A stretch of 64,000 bases of DNA from Candidatus Uhrbacteria bacterium GW2011_GWC2_41_11 (GTDB taxonomy: Bacteria > Patescibacteriota > Patescibacteriia > UBA9934 > GWF2-40-263), in the NCBI GenBank assembly GCA_000996355.1, contig LCAH01000001.1:18482-82481 (forward strand). The letters are read 5' to 3'. Position 1 is the first letter of the stretch. Each line of letters begins with the position of its first letter. Shown in pieces: positions 1-9,283 of this stretch. Made by a program: the position numbers and the translations under genes. The notes below the pieces were generated by a model. The model did not search any database. It had not been told where the DNA came from and saw only the letters and a list, made by a program, of their open reading frames with translations.

Positions 1-26
1 GTGATACACTTCTTGTCAGAAAATAC

Positions 27-686
27 TTGTCTTTATTGAATGATATGCAGATTGTTTGGCACGGACTTTCTTGTTTTGAAATTACGTTTAAGACTCTGGA
101 AGGGGAAGTGATCCTTGTTTCGGATCCGTACCGTTCAGAGACGGGATTGAAACTTCCACGTAACATGACCGCGGATATCATTATTTCAACACATAATGCG
201 GAAGATGCGAATGCGATTGATATAGTACAAGGAAATCCATTTATTATTGCTCTTCCGGGTGAATATGAGGTGCGCAACGTTTTTCTATTTGGTATTCAGG
301 CTCCATTGAAGAGTGGAGATCGATCGCATCGTTTGTTTGTGATGGAACAGGAGGGAATTCGGATAGCTCATCTCGGGGCACTGGATCGTTCTTTGACAGA
401 CAAAGAGTTGGAACAATTGAGTCATATCGATATTTTAATGATTCCTGTTGGAGGAGGGCGTGTTCTTTCTCCAGGAGATGCTTCAGAAGTGATTGGTCAA
501 ATTGAGCCGCGTGTGGTGATTCCGATGACGCATGCGGTTCATGGAATGAAGGAGACGGTTGGAACTGTTGATTCATTCTGTAAGGAATTAAGTATTTGTC
601 GTCGAGAAGAAGCGATAAAATATAAGGTGTCACGTCGAGATCTTCCAGAAGAAGACATGCTCATTATGAATCTTGAACGTGCGTAA
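27..686 (+). CDS. MBL-fold metal-dependent hydrolase (UPF0173-like); TTG start, alternative ATG at 45
   Basis: 219 aa ORF; beta-lactamase-fold hydrolase-like motifs (HxHxDH-like region 'ISTHNAEDA', C-terminal His). Confidence 0.55.
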   Translation: MSLLNDMQIVWHGLSCFEITFKTLEGEVILVSDPYRSETGLKLPRNMTADIIISTHNAEDANAIDIVQGNPFIIALPGEYEVRNVFLFGIQAPLKSGDRSHRLFVMEQEGIRIAHLGALDRSLTDKELEQLSHIDILMIPVGGGRVLSPGDASEVIGQIEPRVVIPMTHAVHGMKETVGTVDSFCKELSICRREEAIKYKVSRRDLPEEDMLIMNLERA

Positions 687-710
687 AAAATTGGTTTCAA
701 CAAAAGATGT

Positions 711-1106
711 ATGGAAAAAAGAAAACCGCGTGATGAGGTTATTCTTGTCTCACCATCATCGCGCCAGCGGGCTCAGTTTATTGTGGGGGTCAGTGTGGCT
801 GTGATTCTTGTTTTTGTCGGATGGATTTTTTCCTTGCGTGATTTTTTTACAGGAGTGAGGTGGTCCATACCCGGAACTGCTTCTTGGCATGAACTATCTC
901 AAGGAATGCGTGGAATTGTTGAAAATGTACAAAATCAAAGCGCTCCTTCTGTTTCTGGATTGCAACAAGCAGTAGCAACGGTAACTCTCCCTCTTGAAGA
1001 GACGGTCCAGAAGCGAGTCTCAGCCATGGAAGTTGTTGCATCTCTTATGAAACAAGAATTAGAACACCCTTCTTCAAATGTAAATTCTGTCCATTCATCC
1101 GATTGA
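711..1106 (+). CDS. hypothetical single-pass membrane protein
   Basis: 131 aa ORF with one hydrophobic helix (FIVGVSVAVILVFVGWIF); no recognisable domain. Confidence 0.4.
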   Translation: MEKRKPRDEVILVSPSSRQRAQFIVGVSVAVILVFVGWIFSLRDFFTGVRWSIPGTASWHELSQGMRGIVENVQNQSAPSVSGLQQAVATVTLPLEETVQKRVSAMEVVASLMKQELEHPSSNVNSVHSSD

Positions 1107-1116
1107 TTTCCTTTGA

Positions 1117-3627
1117 TTGACTGTTATGCCAAAAAATTATTCTTCAAAACAATCAGCCGCTCCAGCAGAACCATTAGAAAATAATGGAGCGGGAAAATTA
1201 GAGCTTCGGGATATTCGTGAAGAAATGTCAGATGCTTATCTTGATTATGCCATGTCTGTCATTGTGGCTCGTGCATTACCAGATGTTCGTGACGGACTGA
1301 AACCTGTTCATCGCCGTATTTTGTATTCGATGTGGCAAACAGGCTTGCGTTCTGGATCTCGTTTTAAAAAATGTGCAACGGTTGTTGGAGATGTTTTGGC
1401 AAAGTATCACCCACATGGAGATATTGCTGTCTATGACTCTCTTGCTCGTTTAGCCCAGGATTTTTCTCTTCGATATCCGTTAGTTCACGGACAAGGAAAC
1501 TTCGGTTCTCTTGATGGCGATCCGCCTGCCGCATATCGTTACACAGAATCAAAACTTCATGCGCTTGCCGAAGAGATGCTTACGGATATCGAACGTGATA
1601 CGGTCGATTTTCGTCCAAACTATGATGGAGCTCATGAGGAGCCAAAAGTTCTTCCAACCAAACTTCCGAATTTGATTGTAAACGGAACCCTTGGCATTGC
1701 CGTTGGAATGGCGACAAATATTCCTCCGCATAATTTGACGGAAGTCTGTGATGCATTGACGTTTTTGTTGGATCAACCAGAAGCGACCATTGATGATTTG
1801 ATGCAATTTGTACAAGGACCGGATTTTCCAACTGGAGGAATTATTTACAATATCAATGACATTCGACAGGTATATGCAACGGGAAGGGGAGGAATTTTAA
1901 CGCGTGCAAAAACCGAGATTGTCGAAGATGCAAAAGGAAACTTTCGTATTTTGGTTCACGAAATTCCCTACCAAGTGAACAAAGCAACTCTTTTGGAAAA
2001 AATTGCTCTATTGGTACGCGAAAAAAAGATTGAAGGTATCAAGGATTTGTGGGATGAATCAACAAGTGCTGGCGTGCGCATTGTGGTTGAATTAAAACGT
2101 GATGCTTTCCCGAAAAAAGTTTTGAATCGATTGTTTCAAGCTACACAACTTCAAGAAACATTTCACGTAAACATGCTGGCACTCATTGATGGAATTCAGC
2201 CCAGAATTTTGAACTTGAAAATGATTTTGGAAGAGTACTTGAAGCATCGAAAAGTGGTGGTTCGCCGTCGTACCCAATTTGATTTGAATCGCGCACGTGA
2301 ACGATCTCATATTTTGGAAGGATTGCGCATTGCGCTTCTTCACATCGATAAAATCATTGCCACGATTAAAAAATCCAAAGATCGTGACGAGGCTCGTACC
2401 GCTCTTATGAAAGGGTTCTCTCTTTCTGAACTTCAAGCGGTTGCCATTCTTGAAATACGCCTCCAACAGCTTGCGAATCTTGAACGGTTGAAGATTGAGC
2501 AGGAATATGAAGAAAAACAAGCTTTGATCAAAGAATTAGAATCTATTCTCAAATCTGAAACAAAGTTAAAAAGTCTTGTAAAGGATGAAATTCAGGATCT
2601 GAAGAAATCGTACGGAGATGAACGTCGGACAAAAGTTGTAAAACAGGGTGTCAAGGAATTTTCTATGGAAGATGTGATTCCAGATCTTCCAGCTATTGTA
2701 ATGATCACGCAGGGTGGATATATCAAACGTCTTTCACCAGACACATTTCGTCAGCAGGAACGTGGAGGAAAAGGAGTTCTTGGTCTTACCACAAAAGAAG
2801 AAGATGAAGTGGAACAACTTTTTTCAACCACAACACATCGTGATCTTTTGTTTTTTACTAGCCGCGGTCGTGTATTCCAGATGAAAGCATATGATATTCC
2901 GGAAACAAGCCGAACAGCAAAGGGAACAGCCCTGGTGAATTTTTTGAATTTGGCTCCGGGAGAATCTGTATCCGCAACCCTTTCTATGGCAGATGTCGAA
3001 GGATTCAAACATCTTCTTATGGTAACAAATAAAGGAACGATTAAGAAAACACCATTTACCGATTTTGAGAATATTCGTCAGAGTGGATTGATTGCGATCA
3101 AATTGAAAGAGGGAGATAATCTTGAATGGGTTCGTCCGACCACAGGAAATGATGATGTGATGTTGGTGACATCCGATGGTCAATCCATCCGTTTCCATGA
3201 AAAAGATGTTCGTCCGATGGGTCGGGTAGCATCAGGTGTGCGTGGAATCCGTTTAAAGGGAAATGATGCGGTTGTTGGTATGGATATTATTTCGCTGGAA
3301 ATGCAAAAGCGAAAAGACCCGCCACAACTCCTCGTTGTTACAGAACACGGATTTGGAAAACGCACCCCCGTTGATGAATACAAAGTTCAGGCTCGTGGAG
3401 GTTCTGGAATTAAAACCGCGAATACTCAAGGAAAAATTGGTAAAATTGTGGCTGGAAGAATGGTAAATGCAGATGACACACGTGATCTTATGGTTATTTC
3501 CATGGCCGGACAGGTTATTCGTACAGCATTATCATCCATTTCTGTTCTTGGACGTGCCACCCAAGGAGTTCGAATCATGCGATTCAAGGAATCAAACGAC
3601 AAAGTTACAAGTGTGGCGATTGTCTAG
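1117..3627 (+). CDS. gyrA: DNA gyrase subunit A
   Basis: 836 aa; canonical GyrA N-terminus '[26 protein letters not shown]' and a C-terminal beta-pinwheel repeat region. Confidence 0.95.
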   Translation: MTVMPKNYSSKQSAAPAEPLENNGAGKLELRDIREEMSDAYLDYAMSVIVARALPDVRDGLKPVHRRILYSMWQTGLRSGSRFKKCATVVGDVLAKYHPHGDIAVYDSLARLAQDFSLRYPLVHGQGNFGSLDGDPPAAYRYTESKLHALAEEMLTDIERDTVDFRPNYDGAHEEPKVLPTKLPNLIVNGTLGIAVGMATNIPPHNLTEVCDALTFLLDQPEATIDDLMQFVQGPDFPTGGIIYNINDIRQVYATGRGGILTRAKTEIVEDAKGNFRILVHEIPYQVNKATLLEKIALLVREKKIEGIKDLWDESTSAGVRIVVELKRDAFPKKVLNRLFQATQLQETFHVNMLALIDGIQPRILNLKMILEEYLKHRKVVVRRRTQFDLNRARERSHILEGLRIALLHIDKIIATIKKSKDRDEARTALMKGFSLSELQAVAILEIRLQQLANLERLKIEQEYEEKQALIKELESILKSETKLKSLVKDEIQDLKKSYGDERRTKVVKQGVKEFSMEDVIPDLPAIVMITQGGYIKRLSPDTFRQQERGGKGVLGLTTKEEDEVEQLFSTTTHRDLLFFTSRGRVFQMKAYDIPETSRTAKGTALVNFLNLAPGESVSATLSMADVEGFKHLLMVTNKGTIKKTPFTDFENIRQSGLIAIKLKEGDNLEWVRPTTGNDDVMLVTSDGQSIRFHEKDVRPMGRVASGVRGIRLKGNDAVVGMDIISLEMQKRKDPPQLLVVTEHGFGKRTPVDEYKVQARGGSGIKTANTQGKIGKIVAGRMVNADDTRDLMVISMAGQVIRTALSSISVLGRATQGVRIMRFKESNDKVTSVAIV

Positions 3628-3688
3628 ACAAATTTTTTCCTCTGTCCTAGGATGCCTCCGCTTCGTGGTGAATTTGGTTTTCATCGCG

Positions 3689-4162
3689 ATGTGGTTTCCA
3701 ACAAGGAGAGAAAAATTGAAGACAATCAGGATGTGGAGTTTTTTGATGATGGTTTTCTCCGGTCTGGTCATGGTGTTTACCATCGGATACGCCCAAGCAG
3801 GTTACTGGACTGGACATTCCGGAATCCGTACGGTGGTTCAGGATTCGGATGTTCTACCTGTCTTGCCCGATCCGGTTCAGGAAGCAGCCATCAATTGTGT
3901 CCAGAGATGGACCGAGAAAGTTGGCGATGAGAGTGATATCCTCAATGAATGGGTCTATCAAGATGAGACCTATAGGATCACCATTGAGGAGGTTGGTAAA
4001 AACGCTGCCTTCTGTTTTCTCGAAACCCTCGATGAGGGTGATGTGATTTTTCATGCCATGATTATCCTGAATCAGACAACAAACAAGGCCGGCTGTTATA
4101 CGGCCTACGGATGCGATCTCCAGACCCATTATTGTGGAATATTTATCATCTGTCATCCGTGA
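3689..4162 (+). CDS. hypothetical secreted/membrane-anchored Cys-rich protein (GC-rich insert; start uncertain, 3689 or 3731)
   Basis: Downstream part of ORF 3467..4162. N-terminal hydrophobic segment MWSFLMMVFSGLVMVFTIGYAQA followed by a soluble Cys-containing domain. Local GC is clearly above the flanks. Confidence 0.4.
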   Translation: MWFPTRREKLKTIRMWSFLMMVFSGLVMVFTIGYAQAGYWTGHSGIRTVVQDSDVLPVLPDPVQEAAINCVQRWTEKVGDESDILNEWVYQDETYRITIEEVGKNAAFCFLETLDEGDVIFHAMIILNQTTNKAGCYTAYGCDLQTHYCGIFIICHP

Positions 4163-4189
4163 CAAATTTTCCACATTCAAACGTTTAAA

Positions 4190-4226
4190 CCTGCCAAAAG
4201 GTACTTGCCTGGCAGGTTTTTGTTTT
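4190..4226 (+). terminator. rho-independent terminator (CCTGCCA..TGGCAGG stem plus T-run)
   Basis: Perfect 7 bp stem followed by TTTTTGTTTT directly after the 3689-4162 ORF. Confidence 0.6.
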
Positions 4227-4246
4227 GTACATGAAAAAACGAATAG

Positions 4247-4275
4247 TTGACGTTTTTGGGCTTTTTTGATATGAT
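4247..4275 (+). promoter_or_regulatory. sigma70-like promoter TTGACG-17-TATGAT upstream of rpmF
   Basis: -35 TTGACG at 4247-4252, 17 nt spacer, -10 TATGAT at 4270-4275, about 30 nt upstream of the rpmF start. Confidence 0.5.
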
Positions 4276-4307
4276 TTGTTTGTTGAATTTCGTATAGTTA
4301 TTTTTTT

Positions 4308-4613
4308 ATGGGTCTTCCTGGACATCGAAGAACAAGTTCTGATAAACGACGTCGTTCCGCACACTTTGCCTTGAAAAAGAGTTCGGTTACTTCTTGCCAA
4401 CAGTGCGGAGAACCCGTACTTGCTCATCGAGCATGTCGAAGTTGTGGTTTTTATAAGGGTAGAACAGTGCTAAAAATAGCATCAAAAACGACTCCTGTTT
4501 CCAAACCAGTGGTAAAAAAGGCGACAACAGTCAAAAAATCAGAAGCAAAGACAACTCCTGCAAAAAAAATTCAGAAACCAGAAAGTGCAGAATCTCCTTC
4601 CTCTGTTTCCTAA
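4308..4613 (+). CDS. rpmF: 50S ribosomal protein L32 with Lys-rich C-terminal extension
   Basis: N-terminus '[18 protein letters not shown]' and CxxC...CxxC zinc-ribbon typical of L32. Confidence 0.8.
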   Translation: MGLPGHRRTSSDKRRRSAHFALKKSSVTSCQQCGEPVLAHRACRSCGFYKGRTVLKIASKTTPVSKPVVKKATTVKKSEAKTTPAKKIQKPESAESPSSVS

Positions 4614-4644
4614 AATATATTCGATCTCATCCATTTTGTTCTTT

Positions 4645-5151
4645 ATGTCAAATCGGCACCTTGCCCGCACGATTGCTATGCAATCGCTTTATCAATGGGA
4701 TTTTAACGGTCAGACAGCTGGCGCGTTGAATTCGTATATTGAATTTAACCGTCGAGAATTCGCACCGAATTTTGATGATGGTGGGTATGTGAAAACAACA
4801 TTGGATGGAGTTTTTGCTCATTTTGATGAAATCAATGATTTGATTTGTCGTTTCGCTCCGAATTGGCCGCTCGAGAATATGATGGTCATTGATCGATCGA
4901 TTCTCCGTATTGGGGCGTATGAATTGAAATATGTTCCACTCATTCCTTCGAAAGTCGCTATTAACGAAGCGATTGAACTTGCTAAAAGTTTTGGTGGAGA
5001 AGCATCTGGTCGATTTGTGAATGGGGTACTTGGAGCTATTTATAAAGACATGCTTGTTCGTGAGGAAATTAAAGACATCGATAAGCTTCCTTTGAAGCAA
5101 AAAGAAAAAGAAGAAGATTCTTCAACTAAATCTGTGGAAACTCCTTCGTGA
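4645..5151 (+). CDS. nusB: transcription antitermination factor NusB
   Basis: '[14 protein letters not shown]', '[12 protein letters not shown]', '[23 protein letters not shown]' NusB signature. Start taken at the internal ATG at 4645 just after the rpmF stop. Confidence 0.85.
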   Translation: MSNRHLARTIAMQSLYQWDFNGQTAGALNSYIEFNRREFAPNFDDGGYVKTTLDGVFAHFDEINDLICRFAPNWPLENMMVIDRSILRIGAYELKYVPLIPSKVAINEAIELAKSFGGEASGRFVNGVLGAIYKDMLVREEIKDIDKLPLKQKEKEEDSSTKSVETPS

Positions 5152-5155
5152 ATTT

Positions 5156-5845
5156 ATGGCTGATTTACAACCGTTAGAACAGATTCTTGGCGTGACGTTT
5201 CAAAATACCGATACGCTACGCCAAGCACTTGTTCATCGATCCTATTTGAACGAACATCCTGATTTCATGCTCGGGCATAACGAACGCCTTGAATTTTTAG
5301 GTGATGCTGTCCTCGAACTTGTCGTGACCGAATATTTGTATCTCCACTATGAAAATCCGGAAGGTGAACTCACAAATTGGCGAGCGGCCCTTGTGAATGC
5401 GGACACTCTTGCAGATATTTGTGAAAGTCTTGGGGTTGAAGCCTATTTGTATCTTTCCAAAGGCGAGGCAAAAGATAAAAATTCTAAAGCACGTCATTAT
5501 ATTTTGGCAAATGCTTTTGAAGCGGTTATTGGAGCTATTTATCTTGATCAAGGTTGGGAATCTTCGAAAAAGTTTATTACAGACACTGTTTTAATTGAGC
5601 TTCCAAAAATTTTACAGCACCAGCTTTATCTTGATCCAAAAAGTCGTTTTCAGGAGTCTGCACAAGAAAAACATGGAGTCACTCCGATTTATAAAGTGCT
5701 CTCTGAAGAAGGACCTGACCATGCAAAGGTCTTTCAAGTTGGAGTATATTTAGGAAAGGATCTTGTGACCGTTGGTATAGGAACATCAAAACACGAAGCG
5801 CAGGTGGCTGCAGCAGCAACTGCAATCACCAAAATGGGATGGTAA
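5156..5845 (+). CDS. rnc: ribonuclease III
   Basis: 'ERLEFLGDAVLELVVTEYLY' RNase III catalytic signature plus a C-terminal dsRBD. Confidence 0.9.
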   Translation: MADLQPLEQILGVTFQNTDTLRQALVHRSYLNEHPDFMLGHNERLEFLGDAVLELVVTEYLYLHYENPEGELTNWRAALVNADTLADICESLGVEAYLYLSKGEAKDKNSKARHYILANAFEAVIGAIYLDQGWESSKKFITDTVLIELPKILQHQLYLDPKSRFQESAQEKHGVTPIYKVLSEEGPDHAKVFQVGVYLGKDLVTVGIGTSKHEAQVAAAATAITKMGW

Positions 5846-5846
5846 G

Positions 5847-5877
5847 AAAAAAACAGGCATATAATGCCTGTTTTTTT
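5847..5877. terminator. bidirectional hairpin terminator (CAGGCAT-ATA-ATGCCTG flanked by A/T runs)
   Basis: Perfect 7 bp stem with an A-run upstream and a T-run downstream. Serves rnc (+) and tRNA-Lys (-). Confidence 0.6.
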
Positions 5878-5951
5878 GGTGCGCGCAGAGGGATTTGAAC
5901 CCCCGACCAAGTGGTTAAGAGCCACCTGCTCTACCGCTGAGCTATGCGCGC
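5877..5951 (-). tRNA. tRNA-Lys (anticodon CTT)
   Basis: Reverse complement folds as a cloverleaf: acceptor GCGCGCA/TGCGCGC, D arm GCTCAGCGGTAGAGC, anticodon stem GGTGG/CCACT with loop CTCTTAA, T arm GGTTCAAATCC, CCA encoded. Confidence 0.85.
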
Positions 5952-6112
5952 AAGAACTTTCAGCTTTGGAGCATTTCGTTGTCGCAAGCTTTGGTTCTCG
6001 ACGACGTACTTATTCAGTATATCTTTCTGCGATCCTCGCTTGCTTCTAGAACTGCCCTCAAAGTCGAAAGTTCTCCCGTTTCAAGATAACACGAGTGAGT
6101 ATGCCAAACCGG

Positions 6113-6141
6113 TTGACGAACGTCAAGAATTTATGTAAATT
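6113..6141 (+). promoter_or_regulatory. candidate promoter TTGACG-17-TAAATT for tRNA-Arg, inside 14-bp palindrome TTGACGaaCGTCAA
   Basis: -35 at 6113-6118 and -10 at 6136-6141. tRNA starts about 14 nt downstream. Confidence 0.4.
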
Positions 6142-6154
6142 TACTGCATAAAAT

Positions 6155-6229
6155 GCGCCTGTAGCTCAACGGATAGAGTGCTGGTCTTCGGAACCAGTGA
6201 TGGGGGTTCGATTCCCTCCAGGCGCACCA
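6155..6229 (+). tRNA. tRNA-Arg (anticodon TCG)
   Basis: Acceptor GCGCCTG/CAGGCGC, D arm GCTCAACGGATAGAGT, anticodon stem CTGGT/ACCAG with loop CTTCGGA, T arm GGGGTTCGATTCCCTC, CCA encoded. Confidence 0.8.
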
Positions 6230-6242
6230 GTCAAAATACTAT

Positions 6243-7520
6243 ATGCGATATTCCTGTCTTTTTTCTCAAACAAATAAAACAGCACTTCATGACACAGAAT
6301 CCGTGAATGCCAGACTGCTCACGCAAGCTGGTTTTGTGGATCAGGAAATGGCAGGAGTGTATACATGGCTTCCACTCGGACTTTCCGTCATGAAAAATGT
6401 TGAACAGATTGTTCGTGAAGAGATGAATAAACTTGGAGCATCAGAAATTTTCATGCCCTCACTTCAACCAAAAGAATATTGGGACATCACAAACCGATGG
6501 AATAATGTAGACATTCTTTTTAAGATTCAATCGCAAACAGAAAAACAGTATGCACTCGGGGCAAGTCACGAAGAGGTGGTGACGCCGCTTGTGCAGAAAT
6601 TTGTGCATTCTTATCGCGATCTGCCAGCTGTCGTGTATCAAATCAATACAAAGTTTCGTGATGAACTACGAGCAAAATCTGGTGTGTTACGTGGAAGGGA
6701 GTTTCGCATGAAAGATATGTATAGTTTTCATGCAACCCAGGAGGATTTGACTGTTTTTTACGAGCGCGTCTTGCGTGCATATGTGGACGTTTTTTCTCGT
6801 TGCGGATTAAACGTCAAAGTCGTACAAGCAAGCGGGGGTATTTTCACACAAAATCCATCTCACGAATTTCAAGCGATTACGTCGGCAGGAGAAGATGTGA
6901 TCGTAGCCTGTGAGAAATGTGAATTCGGACAAAACAGTGAGGTGGCAACCGTGCAAGAAAACAATGCGTGTCCGATGTGTGGAGCGAAATTATTTAAAAC
7001 AAAAGGCGTTGAGGTTGGAAATATTTTTGATCTTGGAACGAAATATTCTGACGCGTTTGATTTAAATTTTTCTACAGAAGATGGTCAGCGCAAACGGGTG
7101 CTTATGGGGTGTTATGGGATTGGAACAACTCGTCTGATTGGTGCCATCGTTGAAGCTTCCCATGATGAAAAGGGAATAATTTGGCCTAAATCTGTCGCAC
7201 CTTATCCGATTCATTTGGTCTCATTGAATGCAAAGGATTCTGTTGTAACTGATCAGGTATATGCGACCGCATCTGCTTTGTATGATGAATGTACATCTGC
7301 AGGAATAGAGATTTTTTGGGATGATCGCGCAGATGTTTCTGCTGGGGAAAAATTTGCCGATGCAGATTTGATAGGGATTCCATTGCGCCTTGTCATTTCT
7401 GAACGAACCTTGAGAGAAAATGCTGTTGAATGGAAAGAACGATATCTCTCAGAATCAAAACAAGTTTCACTTGAAAATATTCGAGAGGAGGTTGAACTTT
7501 TTATCCATGAACCTTCTTGA
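6243..7520 (+). CDS. proS: proline--tRNA ligase (short form)
   Basis: N-terminus 'MRYSCLF..ESVNARLLTQAGF', class II aaRS motifs, 'YGIGTTRLIGAIVEASHDEKGIIWPKSVAPY' anticodon-binding region. Confidence 0.9.
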   Translation: MRYSCLFSQTNKTALHDTESVNARLLTQAGFVDQEMAGVYTWLPLGLSVMKNVEQIVREEMNKLGASEIFMPSLQPKEYWDITNRWNNVDILFKIQSQTEKQYALGASHEEVVTPLVQKFVHSYRDLPAVVYQINTKFRDELRAKSGVLRGREFRMKDMYSFHATQEDLTVFYERVLRAYVDVFSRCGLNVKVVQASGGIFTQNPSHEFQAITSAGEDVIVACEKCEFGQNSEVATVQENNACPMCGAKLFKTKGVEVGNIFDLGTKYSDAFDLNFSTEDGQRKRVLMGCYGIGTTRLIGAIVEASHDEKGIIWPKSVAPYPIHLVSLNAKDSVVTDQVYATASALYDECTSAGIEIFWDDRADVSAGEKFADADLIGIPLRLVISERTLRENAVEWKERYLSESKQVSLENIREEVELFIHEPS

Positions 7521-7524
7521 TTAT

Positions 7525-8058
7525 ATGAAGAGAACTATTCTTCTTGTTGTTTGTTTTGCCTTATTTGGATTCGGATGTATGCGGTCTTCTGTTCCACTGC
7601 AGCCAACATCTGTTCAGACAGGATGGAATACATATGTGAATGTGGATTATCGTTTTTCTTTTGATTATCCATCTGGCATGGAAATGCGTTCTCGTCCGTC
7701 CGAACAGCAGGCAACGGAATATATGGATCTCCCTGGAAAGTTTTTTGCGTCTTTGCGTGATGTAACTCGTGAGGATCAACCAGTGAGTATTGCTTATTTT
7801 TATGCCATGGACGGGAAAACAATTGATCAATTTTTGGAAGCACTCAAAGCATCCGATTCTCAGAATGTTTTAATAAAAGAGACTGTGGACATGGAGAAAG
7901 GAAAAATTCAGATGAAAAAAGTGGTGAGTACGACTGCTCTCGGAGTTGACAAGGTTCATTATTTGTTTGTCGACGGAACAACACTTGTCGTGATTTCTCA
8001 GTTCATGAATGAAAATGTGGCGTTTGAACCAATCATACAAACAGTCAGAGGACAGTAA
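7525..8058 (+). CDS. hypothetical lipoprotein
   Basis: Signal peptide plus lipobox 'MKRTILLVVCFALFGFGC'. Start taken at an internal ATG of ORF 7420..8058 because the upstream part overlaps proS. Confidence 0.5.
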   Translation: MKRTILLVVCFALFGFGCMRSSVPLQPTSVQTGWNTYVNVDYRFSFDYPSGMEMRSRPSEQQATEYMDLPGKFFASLRDVTREDQPVSIAYFYAMDGKTIDQFLEALKASDSQNVLIKETVDMEKGKIQMKKVVSTTALGVDKVHYLFVDGTTLVVISQFMNENVAFEPIIQTVRGQ

Positions 8059-8069
8059 AAATAATCAAC

Positions 8070-8100
8070 AAAAAAATGAGAAAATATTCTCATTTTTTTG
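8070..8100. terminator. bidirectional hairpin terminator (ATGAGAA-AATA-TTCTCAT flanked by A/T runs)
   Basis: Perfect 7 bp stem between the convergent lipoprotein gene (+) and hup (-). Confidence 0.55.
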
Positions 8101-8121
8101 TTGTCTTTTTTAAATTCTAAA

Positions 8122-8409
8122 TTAGGAGGCTTTTTTCTTGAGGGCATCCTTCAATGCTTTTCCTGCTTTGAATTTAGGAACAGTTACTGGAGGAATCTGC
8201 ATTTTTTGAGATGGATTTTGTGGATTAACACCCATACGGCCAGCTCGAACTTTTGCAGAGAAAGTTCCGAATCCGGCAATAGTAACTTCTCCTCTTTGGG
8301 TCAGAGTTAGTGTGACGACGTTTTCGAATTCCTCAATAAAATTTTCTGCAAGTTTTTTTGAAATATTGAGGCGTTCGGCAAGTTGGATAGCAAGGTCTGC
8401 TTTGTTCAT
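8122..8409 (-). CDS. hup: DNA-binding protein HU
   Basis: 'MNKADLAIQLAERL..KKLAENFIEEF...GEVTIAGFGTFSAKVRAGRMGVNPQ' HU/IHF fold signature. Confidence 0.85.
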   Translation of the reverse strand: MNKADLAIQLAERLNISKKLAENFIEEFENVVTLTLTQRGEVTIAGFGTFSAKVRAGRMGVNPQNPSQKMQIPPVTVPKFKAGKALKDALKKKAS

Positions 8410-8486
8410 AAAAAAGAATGAAAAGCATTATTCTTCTCCGAGTATAGCTAAATTTTTTAAGACTGTCGATAGAGGATTCAAAAAAT

Positions 8487-9275
8487 TTATTCTATCTCAA
8501 TCATACGACGAATGCGTTCAATGTGTGTTGATTGTCCATCTTCTGCATGAACGAGGATAGCATTAATTTCACACATTCCATGTTCAATCACTTCAAAAGA
8601 AACAGGACGTTGGTTGAGAAAAAGATCTCGAACAGCTTCATATTGGACACCAATGGAGCCGTTCATGCCTCCAGACATTCCGATGTCGGTTATATAGGCT
8701 GTTCCTTTGGGTAAAAGACGTTCATCTGCGGTTGGAACGTGTGTGTGGGTTCCCCAAACAACAGTCGCGCGTCCGTCAAGATAGAGTCCAAATGTACTTT
8801 TTTCTGAGGTAGCTTCCGCATGAAGATCAATAAGAACGAAATCAGCTGGGTGTTCGTCAATAAGTTGATTAGCTATTCGAAACGGATCATCAAAATGTTG
8901 ATTGAAAAAAACGCGTCCCATCAAATTTAAAATAAGGATTGTTTTTTCTTTGTTTTCCACAACTGTCCATCCTTGTCCCATGGTCTTTGGTGGATAATTT
9001 GCAGGACGCAAAACAACTTGGGAAAGAGAAGAATCTTCAAAAATATGAACAGCATCTTTGCGGTCAAAGATGTGATTGCCAGACGTAAAAATATTCACGC
9101 CAGCTGTGCGCATTTCTTCGATTGTTTTTATGGAAGCTCCGGTGCCATGTGCAAGATTTTCTGCATTCGCAATCACAAGATCAGGTTTAAATACGGAACG
9201 CAAATCGGGAAGCATGCGTTTTATAGCTTCCCGACCAATACGTCCTACGATATCTCCGAATATCAAGAAAACCAT
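8487..9275 (-). CDS. ymdB: YmdB-like metallophosphoesterase (2',3'-cyclic-nucleotide phosphodiesterase family)
   Basis: 'MVFLIFGDIVGRIGREA...LVIANAENLAHGTG' N-terminus and calcineurin-like metal-binding motifs. Sits directly downstream of rny, as in Firmicutes. Confidence 0.75.
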   Translation of the reverse strand: MVFLIFGDIVGRIGREAIKRMLPDLRSVFKPDLVIANAENLAHGTGASIKTIEEMRTAGVNIFTSGNHIFDRKDAVHIFEDSSLSQVVLRPANYPPKTMGQGWTVVENKEKTILILNLMGRVFFNQHFDDPFRIANQLIDEHPADFVLIDLHAEATSEKSTFGLYLDGRATVVWGTHTHVPTADERLLPKGTAYITDIGMSGGMNGSIGVQYEAVRDLFLNQRPVSFEVIEHGMCEINAILVHAEDGQSTHIERIRRMIEIE

Positions 9276-9283
9276 AGGAATTT

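Noticed and set aside
3467-3688. N-terminal part of track ORF 3467..4162 overlapping the last 160 nt of gyrA in another frame
   Set aside because: It overlaps a confidently called gene. The hydrophobic signal-anchor and an RBS-like AAGGAG appear only after 3689, so only the downstream part is treated as a gene.
5734-6138. Small ORFs 5734..5925(-), 5864..6049(+), 5944..6138(+) around tRNA-Lys
   Set aside because: They overlap the tRNA-Lys gene and terminator. No RBS and no coding-like composition.
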